Shown here: piece by piece, positions 1 to 7,737 of the stretch
Layout: each line of letters starts with the position of its first letter
Position numbering within the stretch: the stretch's first letter is position 1
Origin: an uncultured bacterium
Lineage (GTDB): Bacteria > Margulisbacteria > WOR-1 > CAVSGV01
Length of the DNA stretch: 32,000 bases
Assembly (NCBI GenBank): GCA_963699255.1
Contig: OY969425.1
Span: 1,260,001-1,292,000, forward strand
Reading direction: 5' to 3'
Program-made: the position numbers and the translations under genes
Notes under the pieces: generated by a model
Told to the model about the DNA's origin: nothing
The model's input: the letters and a program-made list of their open reading frames with translations, nothing else
Database searches by the model: none

Positions 1-633
1 CTCCCCGGTGGACCAATCAAGCGATCCAGCCACATTTTGAAGTGTGGCTCCAACGGTCAACCTGCTGGTCGGTGCATACATCGCCCCAAGGTCCAGCTCC
101 ATTCCGCTTGCGGTCGGTGCATTGCTTATGCTCCCCGAAAGCCCCTGTGAAAGAAACTTTACGTTAGCCCCTACCCCGACTTGCTCGCTGATATCTTTAC
201 CATATGAGAGGATGAACATCTGGTTCGTATAATCCATTGCTCCGCCTTCGGTTGTTACTCCCCCTACATAATATATATGTGAGCCTGCCGGTGTTGATGC
301 CCCAACATATCCGATCCCTAAATGACCGTATTGCGTCGGATATGAAAATCCGATCAGCTTGTAGTCTACGGTGTTCAATATCTGTGAACTCATGCTTACA
401 AAAGAGAGGCTGTTCTGCCTGGCAAGCCCTGCCGGATTCGTGAATATGGCCGATGCGTCATCAGCAAGGCCCGTGTATGCTCCCCCAAGCGCTATCGGGC
501 GCGCTCCCATCCCTACTTCTGTTATGTCTACCGAGGGTGCGTTGACTGAGCCGTCATCAGCAAAGGATGCGGATATCATCAATATTACCAATGATACCGC
601 TAAAAATGTTAACTTTAGAACCGTATTCCTCAT
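1..633 (-). CDS. Outer-membrane beta-barrel protein, PorV/FadL-like (N-terminal 211 codons; C-terminus lies left of the window)
   Basis: Not in the ORF track because it has no stop inside the window. A minus-strand ATG at 633-631 is preceded by a GGGGGGAG Shine-Dalgarno, and the frame stays open to base 1. The translation starts MRNTVLKLTFLAVSLVILMISASFADD (signal peptide). It continues GMGARPIALGGAYTGLADDASAIFTNPAGLA, the N-terminal signature shared by PorV/PorQ- and FadL-type barrels. Confidence 0.55.
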   Translation of the reverse strand, partial: MRNTVLKLTFLAVSLVILMISASFADDGSVNAPSVDITEVGMGARPIALGGAYTGLADDASAIFTNPAGLARQNSLSFVSMSSQILNTVDYKLIGFSYPTQYGHLGIGYVGASTPAGSHIYYVGGVTTEGGAMDYTNQMFILSYGKDISEQVGVGANVKFLSQGLSGSISNAPTASGMELDLGAMYAPTSRLTVGATLQNVAGSLDWSTGE

Positions 634-836
634 TTGCTCCCCCCTAAAAACCGAAAAGAACATTGCCACCTCTAGCTTTGTTCTTTTCTTGCAGATGGCT
701 GCCCCGCTTTCCGGGGCCTTACACTTATATAATCGGGTTATGGGGGATCAAACTTGCATGAATTTCATGGAATATAGAGAGGGATTCTATTGATAAAAAC
801 AGGAAAAAATGAAAAAAACGCAGAACTAGAGAAGGG

Positions 837-1736
837 TTAGTCCATTACCGCCATCTGGCCTTTGGAAAGTATCTTGCTGCTCGAGGTTATCAGATATATG
901 TAAGCTCCATTCGACACATATTCTCCGAAATCGTTCTTACCATCCCAGTAGACATTGTTCAGGCCCGCTTTTCCGCCTTCTTCTCCGGGATCAAATGACT
1001 TCTGACACACCGCTTTGCCGGTTATGTCATAAATGATCAGCTTTGTGCCGGTATCGGAAGAAAGAGTGTACATTATCGTTGTTCCTTCACCATGCCTCGG
1101 CCTGAATGGATTCGGCACGTTCTTTGGCCTGCTTGTGATAGAAAGTATGCCGGTATGCTTAAGCTGCTTGATCCCGAAGTAGTCGGCTGAACCTCCAAGA
1201 TTTGTGGCTCGGATCCCTACCTCATGGGTTACACCGCTAAGTTCTGTCGCCGGGCTGAACGAAAAATGGTATTTCTTAGGTCCGGTCTTTATCAGGCCTA
1301 CAAGATATTTGCTGCCGTCAACATAGACCTCAACGCTTGTTGAACCCGGTGCCAAGCACTCGTCAAGTATATCAGCTGAAATAACAGGTCTTTCGGAAAT
1401 GGACGTTATCGATGAGGCGGTGCTGCCATCTATGTTGACGTCATAGATGTAGATATCATCGAAAAGCGTGTAAACACAGCCTGAACGCAGCGAATAGCTA
1501 CTGCTCTCCGATGTCCCTACGGGGGATACCTGCCCGACACTGGAATAAAGTTGATAGCTTGATGAAGATGAACTCCCCATGGTGCCTCCGCTGCTAACGG
1601 TTCCTGCCGGCATTGTATAATTTGGGGTTGGCGCTACTGTCGCAAAAGAACCTGTCACGCCAGCGAAGGAAAAAAGGAACAGTAAAAGGCCTGGAATTAT
1701 AAATGATATTAATTTGTGGTTCGATGTTTTTAACAT
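837..1736 (-). CDS. Secreted protein with C-terminal FlgD-Ig / T9SS-CTD-like beta-sandwich domain
   Basis: It has an N-terminal signal peptide (LISFIIPGLLLFLFSFAGVTGSFA) and a Ser-rich linker. The C-terminal part reads NPFRPRHGEGTTIMYTL...LIIYDITGKAV...VYWDGKNDFGEYVSNGAYIYLI. That fits the FlgD-Ig / type-A sorting domain pattern (NPF, IYD..G, W.G.n..G..v..G.Y). Confidence 0.6.
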   Translation of the reverse strand: MLKTSNHKLISFIIPGLLLFLFSFAGVTGSFATVAPTPNYTMPAGTVSSGGTMGSSSSSSYQLYSSVGQVSPVGTSESSSYSLRSGCVYTLFDDIYIYDVNIDGSTASSITSISERPVISADILDECLAPGSTSVEVYVDGSKYLVGLIKTGPKKYHFSFSPATELSGVTHEVGIRATNLGGSADYFGIKQLKHTGILSITSRPKNVPNPFRPRHGEGTTIMYTLSSDTGTKLIIYDITGKAVCQKSFDPGEEGGKAGLNNVYWDGKNDFGEYVSNGAYIYLITSSSKILSKGQMAVMD

Positions 1737-1875
1737 AAAATTTTTATCATTCTACCTGCCAAAACATTTGGATTTCCTGGACACTCGGAATGCATTATAC
1801 AGAATACGCCCGAAATATCAAGGGGAATTAGCCGATGGTCAGTATCCGGGAAAAAGCGAAATTTCAATCAAGTTG

Positions 1876-1884
1876 TGCTATAAT
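1876..1884 (+). promoter_or_regulatory. Extended -10 promoter element (TGcTATAAT) for aroC; predicts a leaderless transcript
   Basis: TGCTATAAT lies at 1876-1884, followed by 6 nt (TTTCAC) and the aroC ATG at 1891. There is no Shine-Dalgarno in between. The -35 at 17-nt spacing is poor (GCGAAA). Confidence 0.4.
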
Positions 1885-1890
1885 TTTCAC

Positions 1891-3027
1891 ATGCTCAGAT
1901 ATTTAACTGCTGGAGAATCGCACGGAAAAGCAATAATCGCCATATTGGAAGGTATGCCCGCGAACTTAGTGGTTTCTTCACAGGATATAGATAAGGAACT
2001 AAAAAGAAGGCAGATCGGATATGGCAGAGGGCAGCGCATGTCCATCGAGATCGATAAGGTGGAAATATTATCGGGGATACGGCTTGGCAAAACACTGGGC
2101 AGCCCCATAGCTCTTATGATAAAGAACATTGATTATGAGAACTGGAAAAAAATAATGCCTATCGAAGAGGACAAGAACATATTCCAGGAACCCGTAACAA
2201 GGCTGCGCCCGGGCCACGCGGACCTGGCGGGCTGCATCAAATACAATCAGCAGGACATCAGGAATATACTGGAACGGGCAAGCGCCAGAAGCACCGTATC
2301 GCTTGTCGCTGTTGGGGCGATAGCCAAGAAATTACTTTCGGAATTCAAGATCTCAATTTTCAGCCATGTGGTCCAGATAGGCGAAGTTAAGGTTACGCTT
2401 GACCAAAATAAGAGCCCTGAAGAGATCCACCGCCTTGCTGAAAGGTCCGATCTAAGGTGTGCTGACGAAAAGTCCGCTGTTCAGATGAAAAAAGAGATCG
2501 ACGCGGCAAAAGAAAAAAAAGACTCGGTCGGCGGAGTATTTGAGGTCATGGTGCTTGGCGCTCCGGTCGGGCTTGGCAGCCACGTCCATCCGGACAGGAG
2601 GCTTTCCGGCAGGCTCGCGTCCGCGGTAATGTCGATACAATCGATAAAAGGCATTGAGATCGGCGCGGGGTTTTCTGCCGTCTCGCTTCCCGGATCAAAA
2701 GTTCACGACGAAATCTTCTATGAAAACGACAGATTTACAAGACGGACGAATAACGCAGGGGGACTTGAGGGCGGCATGACGAACGGCGAGCCGATCATCA
2801 TAAGGGCGGCGGTGAAGCCGATCGCCACTATCGCGAAATCGCTTGATTCGGTCGACCTGATCACAAAAGAACCGGTAAAATCCCATGTTGAGAGAGCCGA
2901 TGTGTGCCATGTGCCGGCCGCGGGTGTTATCGCTGAATCTTCCGTAGCGATCGAGGTGGCGAATGCGCTCCTCGAAAAATACGGCGGCGACAGCATAGAA
3001 GAAATTGCCAATCGTTACAACGCGTGA
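1891..3027 (+). CDS. aroC: Chorismate synthase
   Basis: The protein begins MLRYLTAGESHGKAIIAILEGMPANL...RRQIGYGRGQRM, the canonical AroC N-terminus. The ORF-track start at 1714 adds 59 non-homologous residues and overlaps the divergent gene, so I take the start as the ATG at 1891. Confidence 0.95.
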   Translation: MLRYLTAGESHGKAIIAILEGMPANLVVSSQDIDKELKRRQIGYGRGQRMSIEIDKVEILSGIRLGKTLGSPIALMIKNIDYENWKKIMPIEEDKNIFQEPVTRLRPGHADLAGCIKYNQQDIRNILERASARSTVSLVAVGAIAKKLLSEFKISIFSHVVQIGEVKVTLDQNKSPEEIHRLAERSDLRCADEKSAVQMKKEIDAAKEKKDSVGGVFEVMVLGAPVGLGSHVHPDRRLSGRLASAVMSIQSIKGIEIGAGFSAVSLPGSKVHDEIFYENDRFTRRTNNAGGLEGGMTNGEPIIIRAAVKPIATIAKSLDSVDLITKEPVKSHVERADVCHVPAAGVIAESSVAIEVANALLEKYGGDSIEEIANRYNA

Positions 3028-3072
3028 TATAATTACGCGGTTTTCCAAACTTAAATGGGAGGGGTTGATTAA

Positions 3073-3423
3073 TTGTCCGTTAAAATAAAATTAGTAAGGA
3101 TCGGCGCAAAAGGACAGCCATCATACAGGGTAGTGATCGCTGATGAAAGATCCGCCAGATGCGGCAAAGTCATTGAAGTGATCGGCCATTACAATCCTCT
3201 CACCGAACCCTCTTTATTCAGCGTAGATAAAGAAAAGACCCTTGAGTGGATCAAAAAGGGCGCAATTCCAACATCCACCGTGCGCAAAATGCTCGGTAAG
3301 ATCGGGGTATTAAAAGCTATCGACTTTTCCGCTTCCAAAAAGCGCGCTCCGAAAGGAAAAGAGGAAAAGAAGGAAGAAACAGAGGCAAAACCCGCAGAAG
3401 CCAAAACAGAAGAGAAGAAGTAG
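3073..3423 (+). CDS. rpsP: 30S ribosomal protein S16 (Lys/Glu-rich C-terminal tail)
   Basis: MSVKIKLVRIGAKGQPSYRVVIADERSARCGKVIEVIGHYNPL matches S16. The start is a TTG 8 nt after a GGGAGGGG SD. Confidence 0.95.
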   Translation: MSVKIKLVRIGAKGQPSYRVVIADERSARCGKVIEVIGHYNPLTEPSLFSVDKEKTLEWIKKGAIPTSTVRKMLGKIGVLKAIDFSASKKRAPKGKEEKKEETEAKPAEAKTEEKK

Positions 3424-3434
3424 GGAGAAGCGCA

Positions 3435-3677
3435 ATGAAGGAACTTGTAGAATATCTAGTGAAGGCTCTGGTCGACAAACCTGATGATGTGAAGATCTCG
3501 CAAACAGAAGGCGAGTTGGTGACCATAATCGAGATCAGGGTCGCTTCGGATGATGCGGGCAAGGTCATAGGTAAAGAAGGGCGTATCGCGAACGCCATAA
3601 GGACGATAGTTAAGGCCGCGGGAGCAAAGAACCAGAAGAGAGTGACCGTTGAAATAATGACAGAGGAGAGGAAGTGA
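3435..3677 (+). CDS. khpA: KH-domain RNA-binding protein (YlqC/KhpA family)
   Basis: It is 80 aa with the KH GxxG loop (VIGKEGRIANAIRTIV). It lies immediately after rpsP, as in Firmicutes ylqC. Confidence 0.85.
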   Translation: MKELVEYLVKALVDKPDDVKISQTEGELVTIIEIRVASDDAGKVIGKEGRIANAIRTIVKAAGAKNQKRVTVEIMTEERK

Positions 3678-3681
3678 GTTT

Positions 3682-4107
3682 ATGGCAGAAAAATCACTTG
3701 AATTAAAAAGGGTAGTAATGGTAAAGGCGATAGTTACCGAAGCGTTCAAGGACAATCTTGTGAAGGAACTTGAAAGGGCCGTTAAGAATCTGGATATGCA
3801 GCTTCAGCAGATGGATTTTCAGGCAAAATCGCATATGGAGGACCTTAAGAAAAAAGGAATGATCTCCCAGATGACGTCGTTCAAGCGCCAGCTCGAGGAA
3901 GAAAAGGGCCGTCAGGCAGCGGCAAAGGCGGATCTTCAAATGAAGATCGAAGAGGCAAAAAAGCTGGTATTGAACTCGGAGTTCATACAGGGCCCGCTGG
4001 AAGGTCCGGTTACGGTAAAGAACGGGGACAATCTTTATAAAAAGATCGGCGCCGCCGAGATACTGGTAAAAGACGGAATAATCCAGGAAATCAGGAACGC
4101 GGAGTAA
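3682..4107 (+). CDS. ylqD: YlqD-family coiled-coil protein
   Basis: It has a coiled-coil middle and a C-terminal ILVKDGIIQEIR, which I recall from B. subtilis YlqD. The position between the KH gene and trmD also fits. The family call is from memory, not a search. Confidence 0.6.
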   Translation: MAEKSLELKRVVMVKAIVTEAFKDNLVKELERAVKNLDMQLQQMDFQAKSHMEDLKKKGMISQMTSFKRQLEEEKGRQAAAKADLQMKIEEAKKLVLNSEFIQGPLEGPVTVKNGDNLYKKIGAAEILVKDGIIQEIRNAE

Positions 4108-4130
4108 TCAGCAAGTCAACGGCAAACCGC

Positions 4131-4886
4131 ATGAGAGTCGACATCCTTACGCTTTTTCCATCGATGTTCTCTCCGCTTGAGGAAAGCATTATCGGCAAAG
4201 CAAGGGACAGAGGCGTTCTTGATATCATCATCACTGATATAAGAAGCTTTGCAAAAGATAAGCACAGGACGGCGGACGACACCCCCTATGGAGGAGGGCC
4301 GGGGATGGTGTTAAAAGCCGATTTAATTTTCGAAGCCGTCAATAAAATTAAATCCGAAACAAATACGAAGCTCAAAGATCAAAATACTAAACAAAAAATC
4401 ATATTACTGTCACCCGCGGGAAAACAGTTTGATCAGGAAACTGCCAAAGAATTATCGAAATATGATCATTTGATACTGATCTGCGGGCACTATGAAGGGG
4501 TGGACGAAAGGACCAAGAAGCTCGTTGATGATGAAATATCGGTAGGCGATTATGTGCTTACCGGAGGGGAACTTCCAGCGATGGTCGTTATCGACGCTAT
4601 ATCCAGGTTCATTCCGGGAGTGCTGGGTGACAGGTCTTCATCAAAAGAAGACTCGTTCTCTCACGGGCTCCTTGAATACCCGCAGTATACAAAGCCAGGC
4701 GGTTATCTTAATGAAAGCGTCCCCGGGGTTTTGATGGGCGGAAACCATAAAAGCATCGCCAAATGGAGAAGAGAGCAGGCGGTCATCAATACCTTTTTTA
4801 ACAGGCCCGATCTTCTGGCCAGGGCCGACCTGTCGTTAAGTGACAGCAAGACCCTTGAAAATATCTTTACCGGGGGATCAGAGTGA
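4131..4886 (+). CDS. trmD: tRNA (guanine37-N1)-methyltransferase
   Basis: MRVDILTLFPSMF...DDTPYGGGPGMVLK...ICGHYEGVDER...DEISVGDYVLTGGELPAMV matches canonical TrmD motifs. Confidence 0.95.
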   Translation: MRVDILTLFPSMFSPLEESIIGKARDRGVLDIIITDIRSFAKDKHRTADDTPYGGGPGMVLKADLIFEAVNKIKSETNTKLKDQNTKQKIILLSPAGKQFDQETAKELSKYDHLILICGHYEGVDERTKKLVDDEISVGDYVLTGGELPAMVVIDAISRFIPGVLGDRSSSKEDSFSHGLLEYPQYTKPGGYLNESVPGVLMGGNHKSIAKWRREQAVINTFFNRPDLLARADLSLSDSKTLENIFTGGSE

Positions 4887-5431
4887 ACGTATTCGTTGCA
4901 CTGCTTCACTTTCCAGTATATAATAAGAACAAGGAAGTGGTCACAACTTGCGTGACCGGCTTCGATCTTTCCGATATAGCCAGAAGTTGTTGCACTTACG
5001 GTATAAAAAAATACTTTATCGTTAATCCTATAAGTGGACAGCGCCAGTTCGCGGAAAGAATATTGAACCACTGGAAGAAGGAAGAAAGCCTGAACTTCAA
5101 TTCCACAAGGGTTGAAGCTCTTAATTTAATATCGATAAAAAAGGAATTAAGGGAAGTCATTGATGAGGTAGGCAAGAACGGCAGCCCTGTCGTGGTCGCA
5201 ACAAGCGCGAAGAAAAAGGGGGCTTACCCGTACGGCAGGTTGCGTGAAGAGATGAAGAAGTCAAAGAGGCCCTATCTTATCCTTCTGGGAACGGGATCGG
5301 GGCTATGTGAGGAAATAATAGACGGAGCGGATATAGTGCTTTCACCGATAATCGGCAGGACGGAATATAACCATTTATCCGTGAGAAGCGCGGCGGCAAT
5401 AATATTGGACAGGCTTTTGGGGGAAGAATGA
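4883..5431 (+). CDS. SPOUT-fold putative RNA methyltransferase (TM1570 / Methyltrn_RNA_4-like)
   Basis: The GTG start overlaps the trmD stop (GTGA at 4883-4886). The C-terminal ILLGTGSGL...IVLSPI...YNHLSVRSAAAIILDRL resembles the SPOUT knot motifs. The trmD-rplS position is typical of that predicted family. The family assignment is from memory. Confidence 0.6.
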   Translation: MNVFVALLHFPVYNKNKEVVTTCVTGFDLSDIARSCCTYGIKKYFIVNPISGQRQFAERILNHWKKEESLNFNSTRVEALNLISIKKELREVIDEVGKNGSPVVVATSAKKKGAYPYGRLREEMKKSKRPYLILLGTGSGLCEEIIDGADIVLSPIIGRTEYNHLSVRSAAAIILDRLLGEE

Positions 5432-5469
5432 GATGCGAAGTGTGAGATGCGAAAAATCACATCACGCAC
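5430..5469. repeat. GAGATGCGA repeat pair plus imperfect hairpin (member of the GATGNGA heptamer family)
   Basis: GAGATGCGA occurs at 5430-5438 and again at 5444-5452. The left arm GTGTGAGATGCGA (5440-5452) and right arm TCACATCACGCAC (5457-5469) flank an AAAA loop. By hand count, 11 of 13 positions pair, including one G-U. Confidence 0.8.
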
Positions 5470-5550
5470 CCGCCTGCATTGCATACGCAAGCATTGCGGG
5501 CAGGTCTCACGTCTCTTATCTCCCGTATTAATTTTAAAGGAGTGAGCAAA
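5432..5550 (+). promoter_or_regulatory. Structured 5' leader of rplS (candidate L19 autoregulatory leader)
   Basis: This is a 119-nt untranslated gap holding two hairpins. One spans 5440-5469. The other is CCTGC...CGCAA-GCA-TTGCG...GCAGG at about 5472-5505. They precede the AAAGGAG SD of rplS. The function is inferred only from position and structure. Confidence 0.3.
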
Positions 5551-5946
5551 ATGAGCATTGTGTCCGATGTTGAAAATAAGTTCATGAAAAAAGATATCCC
5601 CGCTTTTAATGTGGGTGATACGGTGAGGCTTTTTTCGAAGATCATTGAAGGTGATAAAGAACGCCTTCAGGCTTTTGAAGGGACGGTCATAAAGAAACGC
5701 GGAAGAGGCATTGGAGAGGTCGTCACCATAAGGAAAGTGGTCCAGGGAGTCGGGGTGGAGAAAACATTCCCGCTCCATTCACCGAGAGTAGAGAAGATAA
5801 AGGTAATGAAATCCGGGCGCCGAAGGAGAGCAAAGCTTTATTATTTAAGGAAGCGCATCGGCTCAAAAGCCCTCAGGATCGATGAAGTGAACATGAAGCA
5901 AACCGCCGATGCCGAAGCCGGCACTGCGGCGGACAAGTCCGCCTAA
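5551..5946 (+). CDS. rplS: 50S ribosomal protein L19 (with C-terminal extension)
   Basis: MSIVSDVENKFMKKDIPAFNVGDTVRL...RLQAFEGTVIKKRGRGIGEVVTIRK...GVEKTFPLHSP matches L19. The ATG at 5551 follows AAAGGAG. The track start at 5479 is an upstream extension. Confidence 0.95.
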   Translation: MSIVSDVENKFMKKDIPAFNVGDTVRLFSKIIEGDKERLQAFEGTVIKKRGRGIGEVVTIRKVVQGVGVEKTFPLHSPRVEKIKVMKSGRRRRAKLYYLRKRIGSKALRIDEVNMKQTADAEAGTAADKSA

Positions 5947-5961
5947 GGCGGACGCTGCTAA

Positions 5962-6641
5962 ATGAGCCAGCCGAACCTCGATCCCCCAAAGATCACGCCC
6001 ATTAAGTTCGAGGCGAAAAAATCCCTCTTGAACGTCCTGCGGCCCGAAAAAGACAAAGCGGCGCCAAAAAAGAAAAAAACTTCCCTGTTCTTCGACACTC
6101 TTAAGGTGGTCATCGTCGCGCTCATCATAGCTACTATTATCAGGGCTTTCTTCATACAGATTTCTTATGTCCCCACTAATTCAATGAAACCGACATTAAG
6201 CACCGGCGAGTGGGTGATCGTGAATAAGCTCATTTACGGAATAACGAACCCGTTCCAGGTAACTAATAACACAGGGAAAAAAACCGGATATACCGCCAGG
6301 TCCTCGCGAAAGCCAAAAAGGATGGATATTGTCATGTTCAAAGGCCCGATAAAATATGGTGATGTCATGGGAAGGATAATTGGGCTTCCGGGAGAGTGGA
6401 TCAAGATCAAAAAAGGTACGGTTTATGTTAACGGCAGAAAAATAAATGAAAAACATGCTTTCATTAAAGACAGGTCGGATCTCGGTCAGATCAAAATACC
6501 CGCAGATTCGTATTATATTTTAGGGGACAACAGGGGGGTTCCTTCGACAGCAGGCACTGGGGAGCCGTACCGCGGGATAACATAATTGGGATCTTGACCG
6601 CAAGAATATGGCCTCTGAATAAGGCCGGAACGTTCAGATAA
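5962..6641 (+). pseudogene. lepB: Signal peptidase I, interrupted as sequenced by a 1-nt deletion in a G6 run (6533-6538)
   Basis: The reading frame gives SMKPTL (catalytic Ser box), KRMDIVMF and ILGDNRG, then loses homology ([15 protein letters not shown]). The +1 frame from 6540 reads [33 protein letters not shown] (stop at 6639-6641). That is the canonical S-x-DSR / box E region. A seventh G would give GDNRGGSFDSR. Confidence 0.85.
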
Positions 6642-6662
6642 TCCTTTTTAGGAGACGCCGCA

Positions 6663-7297
6663 GTGACAGCCGTATCGATGAGACACGAGTTAAAATTGAA
6701 AAGGCATGGCGCGCAACTCATTGCCGGCGTGGATGAAGTAGGGATCGGCCCTCTCGCCGGTCCTGTTGTAGCCGCAGCCGTGATACTTCGCGATGAAAAG
6801 AGGATCAAGGGGCTTGATGACTCTAAAAAGCTGAATGCCGGGAAAAGAGAAGAACTGTTCAGCATCATAATCGGGTCCTCTATTTCCGTCGGTATCGGAA
6901 TAGTTGACAGCTCCATCATAGACAGGATAAATATCCTGCAGGCTTCCTTAAGGGCGATGAAATACGCCGTGGATTCCCTTTCAGAAAAACCGGATCACAT
7001 ACTCGTTGACGGGATCAGAAAGATCCCGGGATACAAATCCCGCAGACGAGCATCAAGCACGGCGACAGCATATCCTCGGCCATAGCCATGGCCTCCATAA
7101 TAGCGAAAGTGGTCCGCGACGCGCTCATGGAAAATTACGACCGTGTCTACCCGCATTATGAATTCGCAAGTCACAAGGGCTATGGAACAAAAAGACACAT
7201 TAAACTGCTCAAAAAGTTCGGACCTGTCGCGATACACAGGCATACCTTCCAGCCGGTAATGGATTGCTTGATCGCTCGGGGATGCATTTTCGCTTGA
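6663..7297 (+). pseudogene. rnhB: Ribonuclease HII, interrupted as sequenced by a 1-nt deletion at CCCGGG (7025-7030)
   Basis: ORF 6663-7085 carries AGVDEVGIGPLAGPVVAAAV...ILVDGIRKIPG and then becomes nonsense. The other frame reads (G)IQIPQTSIKHGDSISSAIAMASIIAKVVRD...YPHYEFASHKGYGTKRH...HRHTFQPV through to 7297. One extra G after 7030 joins the two parts. Confidence 0.85.
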
Positions 7298-7344
7298 CCC
7301 CTTGGGCTTCGCTCATGGCAGACTTCTAAAAACCCAGAATTTGC

Positions 7345-7374
7345 TTGACATTCATGACACACATGAGCTATTAT
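7345..7374 (+). promoter_or_regulatory. Sigma70-type promoter upstream of hup
   Basis: TTGACA lies at 7345-7350 and TATTAT at 7369-7374, separated by an 18-nt spacer. Confidence 0.5.
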
Positions 7375-7435
7375 ACCCGCAGATGTTAGATTTCCTCGTA
7401 CCTCTGATTATTTTTTAAGAAAGGAGGTGAGATGG

Positions 7436-7708
7436 GTGAATAAACAAGAATTGATCGCTCAAGTGGCCTCCAAGACACATCAATCCAAATCCTTATGCTC
7501 GAATATCATTGATACCACGTTCACGCTGATGGCCGGCTCGCTGAAGAGAGGCGAAAAGGTCCAGATGGTGAATTTCGGCAGCTGGAAGAGATTAAGAAGG
7601 AAAGCGCGCATCGGCAGGAACCCGAAAACAGGACAGCAACTAAGTATTCCGGCAAGGAATGTAGTTAAGTTCTCGGCCGGCCAGGAATTATTAAGCTCGA
7701 TAAACTAG
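7436..7708 (+). CDS. hup: HU/IHF-family DNA-binding protein
   Basis: (M)NKQELIAQVASKT...FGSWKRLRRKARIGRNPKTGQQLSIPARNVVKFSAGQEL matches HU. I prefer the GTG at 7436, 8 nt after AAGGAGG. The track start at 7427 lies inside the SD. Confidence 0.9.
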   Translation: MNKQELIAQVASKTHQSKSLCSNIIDTTFTLMAGSLKRGEKVQMVNFGSWKRLRRKARIGRNPKTGQQLSIPARNVVKFSAGQELLSSIN

Positions 7709-7737
7709 TACGCTTATAAAGCAATATTGTAAGTAAA

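Noticed and set aside
44-793. Three plus-strand ORFs at the left edge (44-232, 237-443, 371-793).
   Set aside because: They lie antisense to, or upstream of, the well-supported minus-strand PorV/FadL-like gene (1-633). They have no SD and show no recognisable motifs.
634-836. Hairpin GCCCCG-GAAAG-CGGGGC (minus sense, around 703-719) considered as a terminator or small RNA. I also made a general by-eye search of the longer intergenic gaps (634-836, 7709-7898, 19203-19382, 30598-30781) for tRNA or other RNA genes.
   Set aside because: The hairpin has no adjacent U-tract. I recognised no tRNA cloverleaf features (a GTTCGAATC-type T-arm or acceptor pairing) and no known riboswitch motifs. A covariance-model scan would be needed to exclude small RNAs.
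1714-1890. N-terminal extensions in the ORF track for aroC. The same issue affects rplS (5479), yraN (7803), panC (16877), mutL (21173), the chagasin-like gene (23777), the SufBD-like gene (28791) and tnpA (31270).
   Set aside because: The family-conserved N-termini start at internal ATG or GTG codons that have proper SDs or ATGA overlaps. The extensions overlap neighbouring genes or intergenic repeats.
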